Translations under genes and position numbers: made by a program | Part shown: positions 8,962 to 17,900 of the stretch, piece after piece | Numbering within the stretch: the first letter of the stretch is position 1 | Layout: every line of letters begins with the position of its first letter | Source: an uncultured Desulfobacterales bacterium | GTDB lineage: Bacteria > Desulfobacterota > Dissulfuribacteria > Dissulfuribacterales > QOAL01 | DNA: 64,000 nucleotides | Direction: 5' to 3' | NCBI GenBank assembly: GCA_964638145.1 | Contig: CAZXAK010000045.1 | Location: 87,629 to 151,628, forward strand | Notes under the pieces: generated by a model | Told to the model about the DNA's origin: nothing | The model's database searches: none | The model's input: only the letters and a program-made list of their open reading frames with translations

Positions 8962-10011
8962 TCAGGGACTGGTGCAGGTAAGGCCGTTGCAGGAGACTTC
9001 AGCATAAAGCTGTCCACATGCCGCGGATATATCCTGGCCCTTGCTTTTTCTCATCATGACGGTGTAGTTCATGCCGCGCAGAATCTGCTGGAATTCTGCC
9101 ATGTGATGATCTTCACTTCTCCTGAACGGGATACCAGGGCTTTCATTGAAGGGGATCAGATTGATCTTTGCAGGAATACCTCTGAGGAGTTTCCCCAGTC
9201 TTCTGGCATGGTTGGCCGAATCGTTGATATCCTTCAAAAGCAGGTATTCAAACGTGATCCTGCGCCGTTTTGCCATAGGATACCTTCTGCAGGCATCCAT
9301 GAGCGCTTCTATGTTCCATCGTCTGTTGATGGGCATGAGTCTGTTGCGTGTGGTGTCGTCAGGGGCGTGCAGTGAAATTGCCAGGCCAACGTCTGTTTCT
9401 CTTCCTAATCTCAGTATCTCCGGGACAACTCCACAGGTGGATACCGTGATCCTTCTCAAGGAGAAGTTGAGCCCCAGATCATCCGTCAGTATCTCAATGG
9501 ATTTCACAAGGTTGTCATAGTTGGCCAGAGGTTCGCCCATCCCCATGAATACGATGTTCCTTGGTCTCTCGCTGCGATTTACCTGTTCAATCACCCCAAG
9601 GGCCTGCCCTGCAATTTCCATAGGGCTGAGGTCGCGTCTGAAGCCCATTCGCGCCGTATGACAGAACCGGCACCCCATGGCGCAGCCTGCCTGTGTTGAT
9701 ACACACAGTGTGGTGTGGTCCCGTTCAGGGATCAGGACGGTCTCCACAATCTGGCCGTCTGTCAGGCCCCACGCGAATTTTTGGGTCCCATCCGTGGATT
9801 CCTGCCTTGCGGACAGGCTCAACCGGCATAGATTTCCTCTGGTAGAGAGCTGCTGCCGTAATGCCTTGGTGAAGTCAGTAGCCTGATTGAAGTCAGTAAA
9901 GCCCGGGCGCCAGAGCCACCGGAACAACTGCCTGCCCCTGTAGGCAGGCAGTCCCTGGTCTGATGCCCAGGCCTCAAGTTCTTCTCTTGTACAGTCTCTG
10001 TAATTAATCAA
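8962..10011 (-). CDS. rlmN: 23S rRNA/tRNA adenine-C2 methyltransferase RlmN (radical SAM)
   Basis: Radical-SAM GCAMGCRFCHTARMG, GMGEPLAN, and C-terminal ISAACGQL. RlmN-like sequence begins at ...INYRDCTREELEAW. The track ORF (to 10251) overlaps the TPR gene by 230 nt. A TTG at 10011, 10 nt after the TPR stop, gives a typical ~349 aa. The start codon is uncertain. Confidence 0.8.
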   Translation of the reverse strand: MINYRDCTREELEAWASDQGLPAYRGRQLFRWLWRPGFTDFNQATDFTKALRQQLSTRGNLCRLSLSARQESTDGTQKFAWGLTDGQIVETVLIPERDHTTLCVSTQAGCAMGCRFCHTARMGFRRDLSPMEIAGQALGVIEQVNRSERPRNIVFMGMGEPLANYDNLVKSIEILTDDLGLNFSLRRITVSTCGVVPEILRLGRETDVGLAISLHAPDDTTRNRLMPINRRWNIEALMDACRRYPMAKRRRITFEYLLLKDINDSANHARRLGKLLRGIPAKINLIPFNESPGIPFRRSEDHHMAEFQQILRGMNYTVMMRKSKGQDISAACGQLYAEVSCNGLTCTSP

Positions 10012-10021
10012 TTTTGTAGGA

Positions 10022-13000
10022 TTACTGTAACTTTGACAGGAGTGCCTCTGCCTTGTCCCGTTCAGGGAAGTCCTGCTTGGATGACAGGGCCTTTTTAAGG
10101 TAATCAACTGCCCTTGCCACCTGATCGGATTTTGAGAGAGCCACTCCCATGTGGTACATGATGGTGGGGTTGTCTGGCAGCCCTTCCAACGCCCTCTGGA
10201 AGTAGGATATGGCCAGGTCGTAATCTCCCTTGAGTGCCAGTACCCATCCATAGGTGTCCATTACTGCGGGGCTGTCAGGAGCACCTTTGCGAGCTGTCCG
10301 TGCATAGGTCAACGCCCTGCTCAGATTGATAGGGCCACCTTTTTCTGAAAGCAGCCATGCGAGGTTGTTGGCCGCAGGCACGAAATCAGGATTTATCTCA
10401 AGGGCCTTTTCATACATGCGGATTGCCTCTTCCTTGTTGCCGCGTTCCTGCTCGATGGCCCCGATAGACATGCATGCACCGGCATCGTCAGGTTTTACCT
10501 TTAGTATCTCACGGTAATTGCTCAGTGCCTGCTCAACATTGCCCTGCTTCATGTACAACCTGGCAAGGGCAGCATAGGGTCCAACATTACGCGGGTCTTT
10601 CTTGATGGCCTCCTTGAATGTTTTTTCAGCCTCTTTCAGCCTGCCTGCCTTCATGAGGACGTTGCCCTTGAGCAGGAGCACGGTGAGGTTGTCCGGCTGT
10701 CTCAGTAACACTGAGTCACAGACTTCAAGGGCTTTGTCAATCTCCTTGTCTGCCGCATAGAGCGATACCAGCAGTATGGTGCCGCGTGTGAATTCAGGAT
10801 GTTTTGCCACAAGTTCCTTGAGTATCTCTTCTGCCTTGGTCTTGTCGTTCCTTGCGATTGCCGTGCGGGCAAGGAGAAACATGGCCGTTGGGTCGTCAGG
10901 TTTCTGTTCAAGTACCTTTTGGCAGTCTGCCTCTGCCTTGTCTATATCCTTCAGCATCAGCATGGAGGTGGCATGCATCAGCAGGGCATCCCGGTTGCCA
11001 GGGGCAAGCTTCAGTACTGTTTCAGCCGCTGCCTTTACGCCCTCAGGACTGTTTTGACGAAAGGCCAGGTTTGCCTTGAGGAGCCACGCCCTGACAGATT
11101 CCGGGTCTTTTTTTATCAGCAGGTTAATATCGTCCTCTGCCTTTTCCATATTGCCAAGCTCCATGTTGGCCATAGCCCTGAAGTAAAGGGCCTCACTGTT
11201 TTCCGGTCTAAGCGCAAGGAGTTTGTCGAGATGCTTGATGGCCTCGGAGTATTTCTTCGCCTTCAGGGCGAGTCTTGCCTTTACCACCAGGGAAACGATC
11301 TGCTTCATCTTTGCGTCAGGTATGTCTGATGCTGTTTCAAGGGCCTTTTCCGGTTTGCCCTGTTTCATGAAAAAGTCTGTGAGCGCCATGTAAGGCCTGG
11401 GGTTGTCAGGGGCGGCCTTTATTGCGTCACGCAGCGCCTTTTCAGCACCGGAAAGGTCACCTGTGTTGGCGAGTACCTGACCTTTGAGTATAAGAAGGGC
11501 TATATTGCCCGGGTTTGCCTTTAGTAGTTCATCGCATAGTTCAGCCGCCTTGTCAGGTTTTTTCTCAGCCATGTACACTGCAGTGAGCAAGCGGGCTGCC
11601 CTGAGATTGTTGGGGGTCTTGTCCAAGACCTTTTTGAAGAACTTTTCTGCCTCTGCGTACTTTCCCTGCACGGCATAGATACGCCCCATCAAGAGCAGAA
11701 GGTTGGTGTCGTCAGGAGCAATCTCCAGTGCTCTTGCGCACTCTTTCTGTGCAGAATCAATCTTTTTTAACATCAGAAGGGCCGAGGCGTGCAGGAAGAG
11801 CGCCTTTGCATCAGCCGGCCTTACAGAGAGAACCCGTGCGCTTTGTTCCAGGACAAGTTCAGGCATGCCGTCCATCATTGCCGCCTCTGCCATGAGCAGC
11901 CTTGCGCGCCAGGCCTGCGGCCGTTTTTCCAGTACAATTGACAGGTCGTCACGGGCAAGGCCGGGCTTGCGAAGCCTTATCTGCACCATGGCACGAAGAT
12001 ACAAAGCGTCCACATTGTCGGGCATGACCTCTATGATCTTGTCCAAGGATGCGAGGCTGTCTTCAAGGGCATTTTTCTGGAAGTCTATCTTTGCCTTGAC
12101 GAGAAGGGCTGCGGGGAAGTCAGGATTTCTCTTCAGCACCTCTTGGCACAGCTTTTGGGCCTGATCCACCTTTCCCTGTTCGAGCAACAGTGAGGCCAGC
12201 CTCGATTTCAGAACAGGGTTGTCCTTGGCAGTTTTCAGTGCCTTTCTTATGTCTTCAGTAGCCGCAGCAATGTTTCCGGAACTGGCCTTGAGGTCTGCCA
12301 GTATGGAAAGGATCGTACTGTTGTTGGGGAATTTTGACAGGCTGTCCTGAAGCACCCTCTCCGCGTCGTCATACCTCTTCTCCTGGATATAAAATTTGGA
12401 CAGGATTATAGTGCCAGCGGGGTTGTCGGAATTTTCAGCGGCGAGTGTTTTGAACTCCCGTTCAGCGGCTTTCCTGTCGCCTATGGAGTTGTAAAAGGAC
12501 GCCAGGGCCAACCTGCTGCGGAATTTTTCATTGGCACTCTTTGCCAGGGATACCGCCTTGTTCAGCGCCTCCTCTGCCTTGTCCGTCTTGCCTGCCGCTT
12601 TGTATGCGTTTGAGAGGGCGAGGTAGACCTGCACGTTGTCAGGTGCCAGTTTTTCGGCCTTGCGGAACAGGGTCATGGCGTCGTCTATCTTTTTGTTTTT
12701 CACCAGTATGGTTGCCTTGAGCAACAGGGCGTTTATATTGTCCGGTTCTTTGGCGAGCACGGCATCCACCTGTTCCTCGGCCTTGTCGTCCTGCTTGGTA
12801 AGGAGATAGATGTTGGCGAGTTTCAGTCTGGCGTCCATGTTGGACGGGTCGCTGTCAACAGTCTTTTGAAGCTCGGCAAAGGCACTTCTTATGTCTCTCA
12901 GTGCAAGGTATGCCAGGGCAAGCTGGTAGTGGGCCGGAGCGTAGGAAGGATCTATCTGGACCACGTTTTTGAACTCTATGACCGCCGCTCTGTATTTTGC

Positions 13001-13138
13001 CTGCTGAGCATACTCTGTACCCTTTTTGAAGTGGGCTGCCTTCTTCTCTTCCGGGCTGCTGCAGCCTGAAAGCAGGGGGATGATCGTGCAAATGATAAGT
13101 GCCACAAGTATAACCTTTGAAGTGCCTGACTGTTTCAT
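10022..13138 (-). CDS. large TPR-repeat lipoprotein (PEP-CTERM-associated PrsT-like architecture)
   Basis: 1038 aa. Strong SD (AGGAGG), signal peptide plus lipobox (IIPLLSGC/SS), and wall-to-wall 34-aa TPR-like periodicity for the rest of the protein. Confidence 0.8.
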   Translation of the reverse strand: MKQSGTSKVILVALIICTIIPLLSGCSSPEEKKAAHFKKGTEYAQQAKYRAAVIEFKNVVQIDPSYAPAHYQLALAYLALRDIRSAFAELQKTVDSDPSNMDARLKLANIYLLTKQDDKAEEQVDAVLAKEPDNINALLLKATILVKNKKIDDAMTLFRKAEKLAPDNVQVYLALSNAYKAAGKTDKAEEALNKAVSLAKSANEKFRSRLALASFYNSIGDRKAAEREFKTLAAENSDNPAGTIILSKFYIQEKRYDDAERVLQDSLSKFPNNSTILSILADLKASSGNIAAATEDIRKALKTAKDNPVLKSRLASLLLEQGKVDQAQKLCQEVLKRNPDFPAALLVKAKIDFQKNALEDSLASLDKIIEVMPDNVDALYLRAMVQIRLRKPGLARDDLSIVLEKRPQAWRARLLMAEAAMMDGMPELVLEQSARVLSVRPADAKALFLHASALLMLKKIDSAQKECARALEIAPDDTNLLLLMGRIYAVQGKYAEAEKFFKKVLDKTPNNLRAARLLTAVYMAEKKPDKAAELCDELLKANPGNIALLILKGQVLANTGDLSGAEKALRDAIKAAPDNPRPYMALTDFFMKQGKPEKALETASDIPDAKMKQIVSLVVKARLALKAKKYSEAIKHLDKLLALRPENSEALYFRAMANMELGNMEKAEDDINLLIKKDPESVRAWLLKANLAFRQNSPEGVKAAAETVLKLAPGNRDALLMHATSMLMLKDIDKAEADCQKVLEQKPDDPTAMFLLARTAIARNDKTKAEEILKELVAKHPEFTRGTILLVSLYAADKEIDKALEVCDSVLLRQPDNLTVLLLKGNVLMKAGRLKEAEKTFKEAIKKDPRNVGPYAALARLYMKQGNVEQALSNYREILKVKPDDAGACMSIGAIEQERGNKEEAIRMYEKALEINPDFVPAANNLAWLLSEKGGPINLSRALTYARTARKGAPDSPAVMDTYGWVLALKGDYDLAISYFQRALEGLPDNPTIMYHMGVALSKSDQVARAVDYLKKALSSKQDFPERDKAEALLSKLQ

Positions 13139-13174
13139 CTATAACCTCCTTGATGGCTTGCCGTGTGTGTCAGT

Positions 13175-14557
13175 CTATGATCCCTGCGCCTTCAGTGATG
13201 GCTGTCCCGTGCTCTCCAGCACACTCATCCAGAAACGGCTCTTCAGGTTGACCATCTTGCGTTTGCTTACTGCGGCTGACAGCGGGACATGAACATAACG
13301 GTCGTTCCAGTAACTAATCATCATGGCTGTTTTGCCAGCCATGGCCGCATGTACGGCATTTTGACCAAGGTTGCCGCAGTAGAGCCTGTCATCCACATTG
13401 GCTGGTACGCTTCTGATAATATAGCTTGGGTCAATGTAACGTACAAATACCTCCTTGTCCGCCGCTTTGAAGTGGGCCTTTATCCTGTCTCGCATGAATA
13501 TGCCAATATCTCCAAGTTTTATGTTGCCCGACGGGTCGCGTTCCTTTTCAGGCCCACTCACGTACTTCTGCCCCGCCCCTTCAGCCAGCACTATTACTGC
13601 GTGTGATCGTTCCTCAAGTCTCTTTTCCAGTGCGTTCAGAAATCCTCCAGGGCCGTCGAGATCAAAATCGCTCTCTGGTATCAGGCAGAAGTTGACCTCT
13701 TTAAGGGCAATGGTGGCTGCTGCGGCGATGAAGCCTGAGTAGCGTCCCATGACCTTTACCAGCCCCACACAGTTGGGGGCACCGGTGGCCTCGGTATGTG
13801 CGCAGCGTATGGACTGGCACGCCATCTCCACGGCAGTATCAAAACCAAAGGTCTTTGATACGAGATATATGTCATTGTCTATGGTCTTGGGTACTGCCAC
13901 TATGGCTGTCTTCAGGCCGCGTCTTTCCACCTCATTGGCAATTTTCACGCCGGCCCTGAACGTCCCGTCCCCCCCGATGATGAAGAGTATCGAGACCTTC
14001 ATGCGCTCAAGGCTGTCCACTATGACCTCCACTGGCTGGGGGCCTCTCGAGGAGCCCAGTACTGTGCCACCGTACTCATGGATACGGTTTACACTCTCCA
14101 CAGTAAGCTCCACAGGAGGGAGGTCAGAGTCAGGGGCAAACCCCCTGAGTCCATATCTGATTCCGTATATGGTCTTTACACCATAGCCGTAGTGAAGGGT
14201 AAGCACTATGGAACGGATTACGTCATTGATTCCTGGACAGAGACCGCCACATGTGACCACTGCGCACCTGAGTCCCTCAGGGTTGAAGAATATGTCTTTG
14301 CGTGGCCCTGCCAGCTCAAAAGACGCTGGTTCAGTACCGGCGGCAAGGTTTTTTTTCATGTTGTTCACAGATATCCTGGCCAGCACACGGTCATTTTCCG
14401 AGACAAAACAGGAGTAGGATTTGTGCTGAAGCGGCGAAGGTACAGTGGGTTTCCCCAGCATGCTGATGGTCGTATCCAAGGAAAAATCTATGCCAAGTTC
14501 ATCTATGAGATCAATATCTGTATTGCATGCCAGGTCTGATCCGTTGTCCTGCGTCAT
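13175..14557 (-). CDS. pfk: 6-phosphofructokinase, long PfkA-family form (phosphoryl donor uncertain)
   Basis: 460 aa. Motifs TCGGLCPGINDVIRS, FIIGGDGTFRAG, VAVPKTIDNDI and MGRYSGFIA. Confidence 0.85.
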   Translation of the reverse strand: MTQDNGSDLACNTDIDLIDELGIDFSLDTTISMLGKPTVPSPLQHKSYSCFVSENDRVLARISVNNMKKNLAAGTEPASFELAGPRKDIFFNPEGLRCAVVTCGGLCPGINDVIRSIVLTLHYGYGVKTIYGIRYGLRGFAPDSDLPPVELTVESVNRIHEYGGTVLGSSRGPQPVEVIVDSLERMKVSILFIIGGDGTFRAGVKIANEVERRGLKTAIVAVPKTIDNDIYLVSKTFGFDTAVEMACQSIRCAHTEATGAPNCVGLVKVMGRYSGFIAAAATIALKEVNFCLIPESDFDLDGPGGFLNALEKRLEERSHAVIVLAEGAGQKYVSGPEKERDPSGNIKLGDIGIFMRDRIKAHFKAADKEVFVRYIDPSYIIRSVPANVDDRLYCGNLGQNAVHAAMAGKTAMMISYWNDRYVHVPLSAAVSKRKMVNLKSRFWMSVLESTGQPSLKAQGS

Positions 14558-14585
14558 GGTATTGTTCCTCCATTACTGCTTCATG

Positions 14586-14732
14586 TTAAATGGTTGCGGG
14601 ATTCCCAGTTTCACCTGATCTTATACCTCGGAGTATCTGCTTACCTGCCGGACACTTGAAGTATCCCCGGTATGCCGGCATGTCCTTGGCCTTGAGCCTC
14701 AGGTAAATTGGGATATGTTCAATTTATTCAGG
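14586..14732. repeat. Family-B/C palindromic repeat, degenerate copy (B4)
   Basis: Shares TGGTTGCGGGATTCCC and CGGAGTATCTGCTTACCTGC with 55091-55140. Shares ACTTGAAGTATCC, AAATTGGGA and GTTCAATTTATTCAGGG with the 52547-52733 copy. Confidence 0.45.
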
Positions 14733-14943
14733 GTGATATTCATAACCTTTTGATTGCCATAGTTGCTGGATATGATCTCCCAGGGGGCTGTGTAAACGTG
14801 ACCATTGCCAGATTCAGCCCCAGGAATGGAAAAGTTCCTTATCCAGAAATAATTATAGGTCGATATTACCACCATTTACAAGGTGTGTGAAAGACTAACC
14901 TGCGGCATGCTTGGCCTGATACGATGTGATTGGTGGAAGTTTG

Positions 14944-17900
14944 TCAAACAGTGGTTAGGTGCTGGCAAAGCGCCTGGTGGGTGGCAGACCTTGTCGATGA
15001 GTCCATGAATTGTTTCAGTGTCCCAGCGAAGAGGAGTTTTCCTCCGTACCTGCCCCCCATAGGTCCTATGTCAATCAGGTAGTCTGCCGCGCTTATCACG
15101 TCTAAGTTGTGTTCTATCACCACCACGGAGTTCCCTCTGTCCACAAACCTCTTCAGATGTCTTATCAGCAGGTCCACATCTGTCATGTGCAGCCCGGTAG
15201 TGGGCTCGTCAAGGAGATATAGGGTGTGCGTATCTCCACACCTGGCAAACTCCTTTACGAGTTTAAGCCGTTGAGCCTCGCCACCTGACAGTGAGGGGGA
15301 CGGCTGTCCCAGGGTGAGGTAGCCAAGGCCCAGATCGCAGGCAATGGACAGATATCTCGTTATCCTGGGTATGCTCCTGAAGAAGTCCTGGGCCTCTTCT
15401 ATGGTCATTGACAGGATTTCCGCCACGTCTTTACCCTTCCACCTGATGTCAAGGGTACTGCGCTCGAAACGCCTGCCTCTGCACATGTCACAGGGTACAT
15501 ATACATCCGGCAGATACCCCAGGCTTACCCGGATGCTGCCATGGCCAGCGCATGCCTCGCATCTCCCCCCTCTTATATTGAAGGAAAAACGTCCCGGCCC
15601 ATAGCCTCTGTTTCTGGACTCTGGCACTTTGGCAAGCAACTGTCTTATTTCACTCCATATGCCCATGTATGTTGCAGGGCACGAACGGGGGGTCTTGCCT
15701 ATAGGGGAGTGATCTACTGTTACCACACGGTTTATCCTTTCTGCGCCTGAAATGTTTTTGCAGACATCAGGGCTGTCACTGTTGCCGTGATCCAGTAGAC
15801 GGGTAACCGCGGGTCTGATGACCTCGAACACAAGCGTGCTCTTGCCAGCTCCGGAAACCCCGGTTATTACAGTAAATGCGTTTAGAGGCAGGCTGATATC
15901 CATTTCGTTTATATTCCTGCATGTAATACCTTCGATGCTCAAGACGGGGGTGTTGGAGGCCTGCTGTTTCTCAATGCTGATCCTGCGTCTGTTCCTGTTT
16001 CCCAGTGCCAGAGCTGTTGCCGACCTGTCTGATTTCATTATATCTCTCAGGGTACCCATGGCCACTACCTCACCGCCGTTACTCCCGCCGCCAGGGCCGA
16101 GATCGACTATCCAGTCAGCACTCCGCAAGGTCTCTTCGTCGTGTTCAACCACGATGACGCTGTTTCCCGCATCCCTGAGCCTCTTGAGCGTGTTTATGAG
16201 ACGCCTGTTGTCTGCGGGGTGGAGTCCGATGGTAGGCTCGTCAAGGACTACCGTGATGCCTGAGAGGCCAGAGCCTGCTTGCGCTGCCAGCCGGATGCGC
16301 TGTGCCTCTCCTCCTGACAGGCAGTCTCCTGACAGATCCAGGGACAGGTAGCCAAGCCCGACATCATGGAGAAATTCCAGCCTGTGACATATGGATTCAG
16401 CCAGTGGCCGGGCAACTTGGTCAAGTCTCTGAGGCCAGGGAGCGCGTTCCATCCATTGTCGTATCTGGTAAAGGGCATCGGAAATTTCCAGACCGAGCAG
16501 GTGGTGAATACCTGCATCGCCAATATGCCAGGAACGGGCCCTGGCATTCAGTCTGCTGCCTTTGCAACTGGGGCATAGGCGTCCCTCTTCTGTACGTCCC
16601 CTGCCTGAACAGTGCCCACATCTGCCTGCCCTGGTATTGAATGAGAAGAGCAGCGGGTCTGCCTCCTGGATGCTGGCATGGCACTTGGGGCAGACGTGCG
16701 CTGTGCTGAAAAAGTGTTCTTTTATGCCGGTCTTTTCATGGAAGAGCCTGGTCTCAGCCACCGCTATACCCCCTCGTCCCCACTGGAACGCCTTTTCTGC
16801 CATCTGTTCAAGCGTCCTTCGGTTTGAGCCAGAGGGGATGATACTGCCCATGACCCAGGAGAGCGAGTGTTCGGTGTATCGCTTTATGGCAGGGATGCCC
16901 TGGGGTGACAGGTAGAGGGTTCCATCAACAATGAAGCCTGCGACCCCCTGTCTGATGCCATACTCCATGTCAGCCCGGTGTATGCCCTTGCGCCTTGTTA
17001 TGCGAGGGGCAGTGATCAGTATCTCCATGCCGTGCCATCGTTCAGATATAGTGGCAAGGATCTCTTCTGTGGTCATGGAGTTCATGGGAATATGGCAGTT
17101 GCTGCACCAGGGTACGGCCACTTTGGCGTAGAGCAGCCTGGTGTAGTGGGCTACCTCTGTTAGTGTGGCCACCGTTGACATGGGGCCTGCCTGGCTTGTC
17201 CTTTGTTCTATGGCAACAGACGGCGTAAGGCCAGCGATGCAGTCCACGTCCGGTCGTTGATACATGGTCACGAACTGCCGCAGATAGGATGACAGACCTT
17301 CCACATAACGGCGTTGTCCTTCGGAAAATATGCAGTCAAACGCCAGGGTTGACTTGCCGGAACCTGAAACACCGGTGATCACCACCAGTTTGCCATGTGG
17401 GATTTCAAGGGAGATTTCCTTCAGGTTGTGGTGCCTTGCCCCCACGATGGATATATTGCGTTTTTCAGCAGTACACGTGCGGTCTGTACAAACTGGCAGC
17501 AGTTCACTAACCTGCTGGTCCTGGCTGTCATCCTTGGCTTGGCGGATCTCCTTGATGACCCTGCCGGTAATGGATTCCTCGCACTCAGGAAGGCCCTCAG
17601 GCGGTCCCTGGTACAGGAGTCTGCCACCATTGTCCCCGCCTTTTGGACCAAGATCAATTACCCAGTCACATTCTGATATGACCTGGAGGTCATGTTCCAC
17701 TACCACTACGCTGTTGCCCAGGCTGGTCAGATGTTTCAGGGCAGCCATGAGCATTCGTACCTCGGATCCGTGTAGCCCCCTGGTTGGCTCGTCCATTATG
17801 AACAGTCCGGTCCTGCCTGTGGCGCCTTTCTGCAGGCATTCCGCAAGCTTCAGTCTCTGTATCTCCCCTGCAGACAGGGTGTTAAGTGGCTGGCCAAGGA

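Noticed and set aside
10012-10251. N-terminal 80-aa extension of the rlmN ORF as given in the track
   Set aside because: The extension lies entirely inside the 3' end of the TPR lipoprotein gene in another frame and has no RlmN-like sequence. Homology begins right after the TPR stop.
14708-14890. 60-aa ORF in the uvrA-like/pfk spacer
   Set aside because: It has no SD or motif and partly overlaps a degenerate family-B/C repeat. It is likely a chance ORF.
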